Shown: positions 1 through 10,342, counted from the stretch's first letter. The stretch: DNA of 64,000 nt from Candidatus Heimdallarchaeota archaeon (GCA_019057815.1 JAHLWR010000001.1:32001-96000), one strand, 5' to 3'. The notes: generated by a model from the sequence alone, not told the origin. Numbers and translations are program-made.

Positions 1-36
1 ATAATAACTGTTAAATAGAATTTTTCTTGATATTGA

Positions 37-999
37 GTGATTCAGATGAATTCTGCTCAAGAAGAAATTCAAAAATATCTCTCTACATTCAATAGTTATA
101 GACTTGAAGCAGAGGAAATAATGATTCAGATTAATAGAAGTAAAGTTATTAAAAGAAGAGCACCAAGTGTTGTTTCACATTTCTTTGATGTTTCTAAAAG
201 CGCAGTAAAAGACACTATGGATTTATTTTCAACAAAAACTGAAGATCCTTTTAAAAATTGGATATCTTCTTTTAATAGAGAAATTAAGGATTTAGATGAG
301 TTCCTTTCGCTGTGTGTGATTTTAGATCAAGATTATTCTATCTCTAGAAGGAAACCAAAAACTTACATTTCAAAAGTTCATTCTGTTGAAACTCCAGAAT
401 ATAAGGTTAAACATGTTCTTGATGGATTAGGAAAACTCCAACTACTTGGAAACAATATTAAGCTTAAGGAAGAGATTTCTTCCCGAGAAATTAAAAAAGT
501 AAAAGGAAAGAAAACAGAAAAAATAACTCCCGTTAAAGTAGCTAAACAATTGTGGGAAAAAGTCCTAGATAATGATATAGATTTTGCTCTTTCGATAGAC
601 GAATGTGAATACTTTGAGCGTAAGAGAGAAATGATTCAAACCAAAAAAACAGAAGAGCTCCTTGTCGCAATAACTAATACTTATGGAGGTATTGTAGTAT
701 ATGGAATTACTGACGAAAAAGTTCCTTTGTTATTAGATAACAATCAAAGAGATGATATACAAAATCAGATAACTAATATTTGTAGAAATAATATTAGACC
801 TCAAATAACTGCGGAATTCAAGTCTATAATCTTGCATAAAGACAAAGGTTACCTCTTTATATACGTTCCAAAAGATAAAGAAATTCTACACACAACAAAT
901 AATGATATTTATTTCAAAAGAGTTGGTAGTAATAATGTTCGTATGTCTCCTGATGAGGTAAGAGCTTTTTATGACAAGAAAAGTTTAAAGAACAACTGA
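37..999 (+). CDS. Schlafen/AlbA_2 domain protein with uncharacterised helical N-terminus
   Basis: The C-terminal half has the AlbA_2 pattern: E-x-K-like 'EYFERK', 'VAITNTYGGIVVYGITD', 'ITNICRNNIRPQI', 'YFKRVGSNNVRMSPDEV'. Confidence 0.8.
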   Translation: MIQMNSAQEEIQKYLSTFNSYRLEAEEIMIQINRSKVIKRRAPSVVSHFFDVSKSAVKDTMDLFSTKTEDPFKNWISSFNREIKDLDEFLSLCVILDQDYSISRRKPKTYISKVHSVETPEYKVKHVLDGLGKLQLLGNNIKLKEEISSREIKKVKGKKTEKITPVKVAKQLWEKVLDNDIDFALSIDECEYFERKREMIQTKKTEELLVAITNTYGGIVVYGITDEKVPLLLDNNQRDDIQNQITNICRNNIRPQITAEFKSIILHKDKGYLFIYVPKDKEILHTTNNDIYFKRVGSNNVRMSPDEVRAFYDKKSLKNN

Positions 1000-1052
1000 C
1001 AACATGGAATTTATTAAGTAAGATTTCTATTTAATATTGTCAAATGTACTCA

Positions 1053-1078
1053 TCATCTAGTGATTTATTATATCAAGA
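1053..1078 (+). repeat. Direct repeat copy 1 (TCATCTAGTGATTTATTATATCAAGA)
   Basis: Identical to 8447-8481 except that the second copy has GATTTATTA duplicated. Confidence 0.85.
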
Positions 1079-1121
1079 AAAGAAAATTAAAGATATTTGG
1101 AGGGAGATTCAAAAAAACAAT

Positions 1122-1379
1122 CTAGACTATGTATCTATGGTAGATGAATCTGAGGCTTTTGATAGAAAAAGACAGTTTCATCCCAGGAACAGTTGTTTTC
1201 ACGATGAGATTAAAGTCTAGACTGACTGTAGTTAAACCTTCGATATTCAAATCTTCAAGTTCGAATGGAATTGTGTAGCTTTCTGCTCTTATTCCAGAAC
1301 TTAAAAGGAAAAAACCTAAAGCTAATGCAACGAATAGAAAGCAAGCTCTTCTCTTATTGGATAATGTATTCTTTTTCAT
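1122..1379 (-). CDS. Small secreted protein, possibly a truncated gene fragment
   Basis: Starts MKKNTLSNKRR with a hydrophobic signal peptide ending GIRA. The mature part is short and the ORF ends ~45 bp from the direct repeat. Confidence 0.45.
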   Translation of the reverse strand: MKKNTLSNKRRACFLFVALALGFFLLSSGIRAESYTIPFELEDLNIEGLTTVSLDFNLIVKTTVPGMKLSFSIKSLRFIYHRYIV

Positions 1380-1586
1380 AAAATTATTCCCAAACACTTT
1401 GCATTCTTTTTTAGGTTTTATTTTTGAAGCCTAATAGTTTTGTTAATCTATTATATATTTCAAACTTTTCCTTAACTAGTTCTAAATATGCATTATTGTA
1501 TTGTTAATTAACAAAGCAGTGGGCAAAGTTTATATATCTTTAATTTAATGTTTAAGAGAATAGTAGATACTATTCAGGATGATATT

Positions 1587-2099
1587 ATGGTTCAAAAAAA
1601 GTTCAAACAGCTAAAATCAGTTGGATTGTTACTATTGATTGTTTTGAGTGCTTTTTCGATTATTTTCTTCATTAATCATGCTCAAGCAGCTAGCATACCA
1701 ATGCACATTATTTGGAATAGAATCATTGTCACAGAATCTTATGATTCTGGTAGAGGAGAGTTTAGGATTCAAATTAAATATAATGATGGTCAAAACATGC
1801 GAGCACAAAAATCTTCCACACACAGATGTTATGCCGGAGACTACAATCCTCAAATAACTTTCACTTTAGATGAAGAAGTATTATTGGGTACATTAATCTA
1901 TCTTAGATTGATCGAAGATGATGTCTTTCAGGACGATCAAATAATAAGACCGTATGACGAAAATTCTGGTAGTGGCATAAATAATGGCAACTGGTATTCC
2001 TATTTCTACGTAGGTACTACTTTTGAAGATTATATTTTTGAAATCTATAATTCCCGTGGAGATAGAATTTGGGTAAGATTTATAAACCTTGAAGCTTAA
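1587..2099 (+). CDS. Secreted beta-rich hypothetical protein
   Basis: Signal peptide (MVQKKFKQLK, hydrophobic stretch, AQA). Start chosen at ATG 1587 within the 1548 ORF. A T-rich terminator follows. Confidence 0.7.
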   Translation: MVQKKFKQLKSVGLLLLIVLSAFSIIFFINHAQAASIPMHIIWNRIIVTESYDSGRGEFRIQIKYNDGQNMRAQKSSTHRCYAGDYNPQITFTLDEEVLLGTLIYLRLIEDDVFQDDQIIRPYDENSGSGINNGNWYSYFYVGTTFEDYIFEIYNSRGDRIWVRFINLEA

Positions 2100-2116
2100 T
2101 CAAACTAAAAATTTCA

Positions 2117-2143
2117 AGTTTTTTTATTTTTTTAATTTCTTTT
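2117..2143 (+). terminator. Oligo-T archaeal terminator
   Basis: T-tracts (TTTTTTTTATTTTTTTAATTTCTTT) just after the stop of 1587..2099. Confidence 0.45.
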
Positions 2144-2202
2144 AAAAAGAAAAAAAACTATTTAATCTATTGTATGAGAAAAGGATAAAAAAAGGTGTAT
2201 AA

Positions 2203-4923
2203 ATGAGTTTATTTCGATTGTTTTTTCTTTTGTATCGCAGATTTTTCAAACTCATATTACCATCAACAATCATAACTTTTATCATTCTTGTTTTAATGGG
2301 AAGCACAACAATAGCAATTACTATCACTTTTAATGCCAATTTTAGAGATGAATTAAATAATTTGTCTGTGAGTTTAAGTACCTCACTCCCTCAGAATAGC
2401 ATGCCGGATATTTCATTAGAGGGGCTATTTGATATTTTATCCTCAATTTCAGCTAATGATGATTCTTTAGGATATGGATTTGTTATTAGTTTTCAATTCA
2501 CGAGTCAGAATGAAACTATGAATATTCCATTCATTGGTTTAAGTGATGATTTGATCGAATTTCTTGGTTTTAATGACCAAGAAATTATTGGTTCTACAGG
2601 ATTTACAAATAAGTCTGTAAACTTGTTTGAACCTTTTCCCACTGATTCAAAAAGCTATAATATAAATATTACCAAAATCGAAGATTTAAGTACTAACAAT
2701 CTTTTTGAATATACTCAATTTATTATAGAAACCAATAATCTTCTTTCACTTAATTATACTACTAAAAGGTTCTCACATTTTCTTTTAGGCAATCTGACAG
2801 TAGTATCTGATTTAGTAAATCATTTTGATATTGATTCTCGTGAATTAGGTGCTTTTTTTCTAGAATTATTAGATAGTGGAGTATATTTAAACCGATTAAA
2901 AATTGATGAGATGGAAAATGAGATTTTTCGAAGAGAGAAAATTATTTTTCAAAGTTTAGTGGAAAAAGGATTCAACCCTGAGTTTATAATTTTCGATTCT
3001 CCTCTTAGAGTTGCTATAAACAACCTTGAAAGGAAAATGAATAAAGAGATAAGTTTAATCCAACTACTAAGCATTCCTAATCTTGTTATTGTTCTAATTC
3101 TTCTATTTACACTTGAAGTCGGAGCTTCAAAATTTATGAAAGCTGAAAGAAAAACACTTAAATCTAGGGGAATTTCTGATAAAAAAATTGTTTTTCTGTT
3201 CTTTGCCCATGAATTAATTTCAGATTTAATTGTTGTTTTTATTTCACAAGCTATTTTTTCATCCATTATATATTTACTAGGTTTACCAAAATCACTTATA
3301 TTTTCATTATTTCAGACATATGTCCTTGTTTATTTTCTGCTAACATTATTCAAATTACTTAGTTTTGCTGATATTAGTAAAGAAGATTCAAGCAAAAAAA
3401 CCAAGAAAAGAGGAAAAAAGCATTTAAGGGGAAGAAAAAAATTTTTTACAAGAAAATACTGGATCTCAGCTTCAATAATCTTCATATTTACAATAGAACT
3501 ATTCATTATTTTTGAACCTCTATTCTGGTTTCCCATTATTAGGGGAGTCATTAAAATAATTATTGATATATTGGCAGTTGCTATAGTTTCATATCTCCTA
3601 CTAACATCTATAATTTCAAATAGTGAATATGAGAAAAAAGAATTACTAAATCTTAAAAACTTACTCTTTCGTTTATATTCAAAAGGTTTAAAGAAAATTA
3701 GAATGCAATGTATTGTTACTCTCAGCCTATATACATTACTTTTTTATTTAGTAGTATTTCAAACAGCTAACCAAACTTTCAGTAATATATACAAGGATAA
3801 AGGTATGATTTGTGATTTTTATCTAGATAATAATGATCAAAGTGGGTTTAACTTTAATGAAGTAAAAAATTTAACAAAATTAATTCCTAAAATTAAGGAA
3901 ATTTGCACACTACAAGGTGGTGCAGGATATGTATTAGGAGAAGAAGAAATTATTCCTACTCAGTTATGGGCAATAAATTCATCCTTCTACTCATCAAATG
4001 ATCTAGGGTGGGAACATTTTATTGGATTTAAATCTAGCGGTTTAAGAAACACTAATTTAGAGGATCTTAGAAGTAAAAAAATTATTATTAATCAACGATT
4101 AGCAGAAAAATCTGGTTTAAGGGTTGGCGATGTTACTTCTCTTGATATAAATTTCCGTACCATATCCGAAGTTGAACTTTTACCACCTATTAGAAATTTA
4201 ACTGTTTTTGGTATTGTAGACACTTTACCTCTTCTCAGAACATTCAGTTCTACAATTCACAATTATGTTTTTATTGATATTTCATTACTTCTTGAAATAT
4301 ACTCTGAGATAGGAGTTGATGCGAAAATATCATCATTTGGAGTAAATTTAGTATTAGATGAGAATAATTCTCAAACTGACAAAAAAGCAGAAATAGATAA
4401 CGTTATAGAATCAATTCTTGGTGAACTAGAGCTGTTGAGAATAAATGTAGGTATTATAACATCTTTTTATGAACTTGCTGAAAATCAAGCAGGAACCTAT
4501 TTTACTGTTTTTGATATAATTTTTGCAGTTATTTTTCTTCCTTTGACTACTGTTATTTTCAGTCGAGCAACAATTAAAACTCTTGCTCCGTCTTTAATCC
4601 AATTGGGAACTCGAGGATATCCAGATAGGAAATTAAGAAAGAGCTATATTACTAAAGTTTATAGTTCCCTAGTGTTTAGTTCACTGATGGGACTTGTTTT
4701 AGGGTTAATAATAGGGCTAATATATGTTCGATCTTTTTTTCCGAGTCTTTTATCAGCTAATAATATTCATTTTTATAGCCAAATATCGTTATTTCTGCTT
4801 ACTATTTTTGTCGGAGGAATAGTATCTTTATTTACTATAATTCCATTTTCTGTGAAACAAATAAAAACTATTGTTAAAAACAAAGAAAGGAAGTTATTTA
4901 AGAATGAAACACATCATAGTTGA
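2203..4923 (+). CDS. FtsX/MacB-like ABC transporter permease (two permease repeats)
   Basis: Multi-TM protein with large extracellular loops. FtsX-type motifs 'ERKTLKSRG' and 'LIQLGTRG'. Adjacent to a LolD-type ATPase. Confidence 0.75.
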   Translation: MSLFRLFFLLYRRFFKLILPSTIITFIILVLMGSTTIAITITFNANFRDELNNLSVSLSTSLPQNSMPDISLEGLFDILSSISANDDSLGYGFVISFQFTSQNETMNIPFIGLSDDLIEFLGFNDQEIIGSTGFTNKSVNLFEPFPTDSKSYNINITKIEDLSTNNLFEYTQFIIETNNLLSLNYTTKRFSHFLLGNLTVVSDLVNHFDIDSRELGAFFLELLDSGVYLNRLKIDEMENEIFRREKIIFQSLVEKGFNPEFIIFDSPLRVAINNLERKMNKEISLIQLLSIPNLVIVLILLFTLEVGASKFMKAERKTLKSRGISDKKIVFLFFAHELISDLIVVFISQAIFSSIIYLLGLPKSLIFSLFQTYVLVYFLLTLFKLLSFADISKEDSSKKTKKRGKKHLRGRKKFFTRKYWISASIIFIFTIELFIIFEPLFWFPIIRGVIKIIIDILAVAIVSYLLLTSIISNSEYEKKELLNLKNLLFRLYSKGLKKIRMQCIVTLSLYTLLFYLVVFQTANQTFSNIYKDKGMICDFYLDNNDQSGFNFNEVKNLTKLIPKIKEICTLQGGAGYVLGEEEIIPTQLWAINSSFYSSNDLGWEHFIGFKSSGLRNTNLEDLRSKKIIINQRLAEKSGLRVGDVTSLDINFRTISEVELLPPIRNLTVFGIVDTLPLLRTFSSTIHNYVFIDISLLLEIYSEIGVDAKISSFGVNLVLDENNSQTDKKAEIDNVIESILGELELLRINVGIITSFYELAENQAGTYFTVFDIIFAVIFLPLTTVIFSRATIKTLAPSLIQLGTRGYPDRKLRKSYITKVYSSLVFSSLMGLVLGLIIGLIYVRSFFPSLLSANNIHFYSQISLFLLTIFVGGIVSLFTIIPFSVKQIKTIVKNKERKLFKNETHHS

Positions 4924-5569
4924 ATCATTATATAAAATATATAGTGGCATTGTGGAAACTGTAGCTTTAGAAAATATTAATGAAAAGTTTGAAAAAGGAG
5001 AAGTAGTTGCTATTGCAGGCCCTAGTGGGAGTGGAAAGACAAGTTTACTCACTTGCCTTGGGGGTGTTTTACGACCTACTAGTGGTAAAATACTAGTTAA
5101 TGGTGAGGATATTACTAAACTATCCGATGATGAATTAGTAACTTATAGACGCGATAAAGTTGGTTTAATCTATCAAGATTTTAATCTGATCAATCAATTT
5201 ACTATATATGAAAATGTTGCTCTTCCTTTACTTATCGCAAACAAGAAATCAGCATTTATCAAAGAGCGAGTAGATTTATTACTGGAGAGTTTAGATATTA
5301 CTCGATATAAGAAAACATATCCACCCTACCTTTCAGGAGGAGAACAACAACGTGTTGCTATTGCTGTAGCTTTAGCAAATGATCCTCAAATTATTCTCGC
5401 TGACGAACCTACTGGTAATTTGGATCTAGAATCTAGAGAAAGAATTCTTAATCTACTTATTAATAAAACTCGTGAACACCAAAAAACACTCATTATTGCA
5501 ACACATGACCCATTTATTTTAAAAAAAGTCAATCGTATTGTGCAACTTGCTAAAGCTAATGGTGAGTAA
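4904..5569 (+). CDS. ABC transporter ATP-binding protein, LolD/MacB family
   Basis: Walker A GPSGSGKT, signature LSGGEQQRVAIA, Walker B ILADEPTGNLD, H-loop ATHD. Confidence 0.95.
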   Translation: MKHIIVESLYKIYSGIVETVALENINEKFEKGEVVAIAGPSGSGKTSLLTCLGGVLRPTSGKILVNGEDITKLSDDELVTYRRDKVGLIYQDFNLINQFTIYENVALPLLIANKKSAFIKERVDLLLESLDITRYKKTYPPYLSGGEQQRVAIAVALANDPQIILADEPTGNLDLESRERILNLLINKTREHQKTLIIATHDPFILKKVNRIVQLAKANGE

Positions 5570-7909
5570 ATGGTAAAAATTGTTTTTCTTTTTTTCAAAA
5601 GAAACCCCAAATTATTTTTGAAAGTTGGTAGCTTATCTTTTTTTTTATTTTTACTCATAAGCTTTTATGCAGTTGGATATGCTAGTTTTGAAAAAATCTC
5701 CGTAAACACAAAAATTGGTGACATAGAGAATGATTTAGAAATTCAAGGTCAGATAACAGATAGCTATACTATAGACAACATCTCTTTGATATACTCTTAC
5801 AATATCAAGTGGATTGATTCCCTGAAAGATTGGAAACAGTATGTTATTTCTGACGGACTAGTTCTTATTATCAAAACATCTTTTAATGAAGACTCATTTA
5901 TAATTGGTTTAGATTTGTCTTCAAATAGTAAAAATACAAAAAGGAGGGATTTAACAAATGAAACTATTGAATTCTTTAATAATCAATTGGATATCTCTAA
6001 CTTTACAAAACAAGATTCATTACCTTTTAATCTGGATATCTTAATAAACTACAATCAATTGAATAATTCACATTTTTCAGAGTTAAATATTGATTCCAAT
6101 AATTGTAATATGGGTTATTTTGTAGATATAAGTACGAAATTAATTTCCTCTTTTAAAATGTATACAAAAATACTGAACAAAATAGAAAGTAATTTTATAG
6201 TTTTTGTTTCTCAAAATGACATTATTTCATTAAATAGATTAGAATCCTATAAGATTGAAATTGAGATAGATCTCTTTAAAGAGTCGTTTCAATCTCTAAT
6301 ACTGTTAATTACTTTTATCTCAATTTTAATATCAACATGGTTAATTGAGTTTTTTTCCAGCTTTTATTATTACCAAATTAAAGAAGCACTAGATAAATTT
6401 CAAAAAAGGGGATTGAATGACAAAAAGCAGAACAAAATAACAAAATTTCTTCCAATAGCTACTGATACAATTAGTTTTATCATATTAGAGATTTTATACT
6501 TGCTTATAAGTATTGTTTTTCATATTAATCTTATTTATGCCTACATATCAGTAGTAATGGGATATTTCTACTTGTTATATAAAAGAATTAAATTAAGTAA
6601 TTTAAATGATGAAAATTCAATAAAAATGGGTATTGTTTCATTTGTGAAATATGTTATTATTCTGTTAATTTTCTCTATTATTCTTATTCTTACAAATAAT
6701 ACTCTTTATGCACTTATTCCTCCTTTGGTTTCTTCATTTTTCTCCACAGGATCGATTATTATTCAGTATTATGTAATAACGATTTTACTTTCTGAATTCT
6801 CTCTTAAACTTAAAAAAAAGGTCAATATCAATAAGTTAACAAATAATATGTTTAAACTAATTGAAAAATCTATAATTTCAGGAAAGCAAAATTTAAAATC
6901 ATGGATTCATATAACAATTCTTGTTATATGGTCTATGTCTATCATTTTTACAAGTATTAACACCTTCACAGCTAATTATAACTTGAATCAAACGATTGAG
7001 TATCCAACAGACATAATTATAGAGGTCGAAGGTGTTTATCTTGCCAATATTTCAAAAATTGAGATACTACCAGAGGTTGAAAATATATTACCCATTTCAC
7101 ATAGCGTTGAACAATATTTTTTTAACTATGATTACTATTTAATGGATTTTTCAAAAGTAAAAATAATGTTTCCAGAATTCGTTAAGCTGTCAAAATTGAA
7201 CGATATCCAAGAAGAATACACTTATATCCACAAGACAATGGCTGAAGAATTAAATTTGAATAATAATGACCTCTTCCCAACAAAATTTGGTAAAAATCAA
7301 ACAAATATTATAGTTAATCAGCCAATTTTTGTAACAAAATATTTTCCATTAATAAAAACAATAGAAGAAAGACCTTTTGTCGTATCAAATTATCGTGCAG
7401 AGTACGAGAATCTGACTATGATAACGAAAATTATGATAAATTTTAATAATTCTTTTGATGAAGAACAAAGCCTTGAAAAAATTAAAAATATTCTTAAAAC
7501 AAATTTCCAAATACAAAAGAAAAATGTTTCTCTAGATTATAATGTACCACTAAATATATGTAAATATTTCTTCTTTGTAATCTCTTTATTTATCTGTTCT
7601 TTGAGTTTTATTCAACTCATCTCACAGCTATCACCTATTTTCAGAAAAATGAATTTACGAGGGTTAAAAAAGAGACATATTTACACTTTACTGCTCAGAC
7701 AATTTAGCTCTTATATTATAACTGCCATTATTATTGGAGTAATTTCAGCTCTCTTCTTCATTTTTGTACAAATGCAAAAAACCATTTATCACATAACTCT
7801 GTTCACCCCGATAAAAATCTATTTTGATTTCTGCTTATTAATGTTAATTTTGGTACCATTATCATACTTTGTTATCCTATATATATTTAACATGTTAAGA
7901 AAGGATTAA
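5570..7909 (+). CDS. FtsX-like ABC transporter permease (divergent)
   Basis: Multi-TM protein with 'KFQKRG' and 'KMNLRG' FtsX-type motifs. Starts immediately after the ATPase stop. Confidence 0.7.
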   Translation: MVKIVFLFFKRNPKLFLKVGSLSFFLFLLISFYAVGYASFEKISVNTKIGDIENDLEIQGQITDSYTIDNISLIYSYNIKWIDSLKDWKQYVISDGLVLIIKTSFNEDSFIIGLDLSSNSKNTKRRDLTNETIEFFNNQLDISNFTKQDSLPFNLDILINYNQLNNSHFSELNIDSNNCNMGYFVDISTKLISSFKMYTKILNKIESNFIVFVSQNDIISLNRLESYKIEIEIDLFKESFQSLILLITFISILISTWLIEFFSSFYYYQIKEALDKFQKRGLNDKKQNKITKFLPIATDTISFIILEILYLLISIVFHINLIYAYISVVMGYFYLLYKRIKLSNLNDENSIKMGIVSFVKYVIILLIFSIILILTNNTLYALIPPLVSSFFSTGSIIIQYYVITILLSEFSLKLKKKVNINKLTNNMFKLIEKSIISGKQNLKSWIHITILVIWSMSIIFTSINTFTANYNLNQTIEYPTDIIIEVEGVYLANISKIEILPEVENILPISHSVEQYFFNYDYYLMDFSKVKIMFPEFVKLSKLNDIQEEYTYIHKTMAEELNLNNNDLFPTKFGKNQTNIIVNQPIFVTKYFPLIKTIEERPFVVSNYRAEYENLTMITKIMINFNNSFDEEQSLEKIKNILKTNFQIQKKNVSLDYNVPLNICKYFFFVISLFICSLSFIQLISQLSPIFRKMNLRGLKKRHIYTLLLRQFSSYIITAIIIGVISALFFIFVQMQKTIYHITLFTPIKIYFDFCLLMLILVPLSYFVILYIFNMLRKD

Positions 7910-8446
7910 TATAAAACATTGCAAAGAGAGAGTTATTATTATTATTCAACTTTTCACATTTTATCTTTAGGGTGTATTATAGGCATAAAACGTTTACCTC
8001 CAATAACAGTGAATTTTATCACTACTTAATGAAAAGATAGAAAATATTCTCAAAAAATGGCTATTTTGCTAGTAAAACAGTGTTTGCTATTCGAGAAAAG
8101 ACACAACTTGTTATGTTGTACTAACTAGTCTAGCATTAAAAGAAATTGTTTACATTTATTAGAGACTGAATACTTGTATATGTTGATTTCTCAACTTAAT
8201 AATGGAAAAATGATGATTTTAATTTAATATTGACTTAATTCGATTTTTATAAGAAAGAAAACAAAGAAGGAATAGTTGCTATATAATCTATTTTTCGTCT
8301 TTTTTGAGAGAATAGTTTTATGAGTAGCAAAGGAACTACTACTATTAGTAGAGTAAATGTGAAATATAGATAAGTTTCATCAGTTCGGTATTCATTCTTT
8401 TTTCTCGCTTCAACCCCCTCTCTTTTCTCTCTTTTTCTTCTTCAGT

Positions 8447-8481
8447 TCATCTAGTGATTTATTAGATTTATTATATCAAGA
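8447..8481 (+). repeat. Direct repeat copy 2, with internal 9-bp duplication
   Basis: TCATCTAGT-GATTTATTA-GATTTATTA-TATCAAGA, compared with TCATCTAGT-GATTTATTA-TATCAAGA at 1053. Confidence 0.85.
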
Positions 8482-8562
8482 GCTTTTTACAACTTTCTTG
8501 AATGCTAATACAGTTGAAATAACATTTATCAGTTTAAATATCCAAATCTTAATATCAAAATA

Positions 8563-8790
8563 ATGGATATTGATAATTTCTCTGATTTTCAATTAGGAAT
8601 AATACAAACAGAAACTGAAAAAGCTTATTTTGCTACTATTATTAGGCTAACAGAAGACCCCGTCTGGATTCCTAAGAGTGTTGTTGAACGTAAGACTATG
8701 AAACTCAAAAAGTGGTTTATCGATCAATTACAAAACGAACTTAAAACCAATAAACAAACAACTTTGGCTGATTATTTTTCTACAAAGTAA
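8563..8790 (+). CDS. Small hypothetical protein of a type common in viruses and plasmids
   Basis: 75 aa with an 'ETEKA...WIPKS...W' pattern recalled from small phage proteins. Confidence 0.55.
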   Translation: MDIDNFSDFQLGIIQTETEKAYFATIIRLTEDPVWIPKSVVERKTMKLKKWFIDQLQNELKTNKQTTLADYFSTK

Positions 8791-8893
8791 TTTTGTAGGT
8801 TCATCCTCTAATCATCTGAAGATAAACTTGGTAAAAAGATGTGGTATTAACATATCGCATAATGCTATAAACTAGTATTTCTAATTATTATAC

Positions 8894-9172
8894 GTGAGCA
8901 ATTCAAGACTCAACTTTAAAAAGCCATGTGTTCAATGTAGAAATAAAACTATGACATTTTGTAAAACTTGCAGGAGATTCCTTTGTGGTAGATGTAAAAC
9001 AAAGAAACCAATTAGATTTCCTTTAAGTAAAATTCATTTTCCTTCTGGTGTATGTAAAGATTGTAAAGAACTCCTATTAATAAAATACTCATTAAATTTA
9101 GGACTTGATTTTACTTCTTTTCTTTTAAAACTACCTGAAAAAGTAGAAGAGTGGAAAAAGAGGTACCTTTAG
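8894..9172 (+). CDS. Small Cys-rich zinc-finger protein
   Basis: Four CxxC pairs (CVQC, CKTC, CGRC, CKDC). GTG start. Confidence 0.6.
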   Translation: MSNSRLNFKKPCVQCRNKTMTFCKTCRRFLCGRCKTKKPIRFPLSKIHFPSGVCKDCKELLLIKYSLNLGLDFTSFLLKLPEKVEEWKKRYL

Positions 9173-9327
9173 ATCTCTCTTCTAACATGAAACACGTCTG
9201 TGAATACACTTTATTGTTGTTTATGCTAACCGTACGAGATCATTTTAATCTACGAAACAAACCAAAATAACAAAAAGAAGATATTTATTCTTCCGATTAT
9301 TCGAACAAAATATCAAGAAGTGGTATA

Positions 9328-9918
9328 ATGGATATTAAAAGAAAAATAAGCAATTTATCACGAGAAATTAGTGTGAAACTTTAAGAAATAGAAGATTTAC
9401 TTGAAACAAGTTACTTAAGTAAATCTTTTATTGACATTCCTAGTGGTCCAATTTCTTACGCAGATACGCATCGTAAGAGATTTTCGTTTCTTAAATGTCC
9501 AAAATTAATAAGTAATGTCTCCTACCACCTTATGTTGAATGACCTTTTTAGTTGGATGTTGCACAAATTTAATTTGTATTCTGTAGTTGAAGAAATGTTA
9601 ATCAAAATCTCAATTGCAAATTATGGTAATATAATTGCTGCTATTGTTACTCCCATTGCCAAACGCTTTATGAAACGCAAAAAACTTGGTTTTAATCAAG
9701 CTTGTAGTATTTTGGTTCAATCTAAGATTATTTCCTCCGATTTAAAAAAAGAACTGAGATGGGTATATGATATAAGATGTAAACAACATGTTGATACACT
9801 CAATCAATGGGAATATGAAGAATATAACTTAAGCCAATATAAGAAAACTGAAGATATTTGGTACAAACTTTTGAATCAAATAAAAACAGCTTCTAATAAT
9901 GGACTTATCCCTGATTAA
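9328..9918 (+). pseudogene. HEPN-like protein interrupted by a premature TAA
   Basis: ATG 9328 reads MDIKRKISNLSREISVKL*EIEDLL..., in frame with ORF 9532..9918, with a single TAA at 9382-9384. A helical C-terminal part carries an R-x3-H motif (IRCKQH). Confidence 0.6.
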
Positions 9919-10342
9919 AATAAACTTTCGTTGATCTCTAATTATTTTCCGATATTATAAGTAAAGAAACATAAGCATATTTAATCCTGAAAAATATAGT
10001 TTGTGATTTTTCTTATGTTTTTCTGCGAACTATTTTTGTCGGAAACTGGAGAATTTTTGAGTTTTAGACCCCAGTTCTATTTTCTGTGATTCTTTAAATT
10101 ATTTTTTTAACTCATCCCTTCCGTCAGTATTTTCCTTGGTGTTCTTGTCGTCATTATGAACATTTATAGTGAAAAGAAATTTTTCGTTTGAATAGGCTAT
10201 ATGATCTATTCTGATTCTTTCCTTGTTCTTGTTGAGAAAAAAGAGGAAAACTGATTTGTACTAATCCATCCTTTACTTCACCAATGTTTATAATTGATAT
10301 CTACTAACTTATTATGTTAAATTATTAAAAGAAGGACTTCAT

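Noticed and set aside
1053-1078. XerA/dif site identity for the direct repeat
   Set aside because: TTATATCAAGA resembles one dif arm, but no matching inverted arm exists at 6-bp spacing in either copy.
8040-8140. Short palindromes (TTTTGCTAGTAAAA; ACAAC-N7-GTTGT) in the long spacer, as a replication origin
   Set aside because: Short AT-rich dyads are expected by chance, and no ORB boxes or rep/orc gene are nearby.
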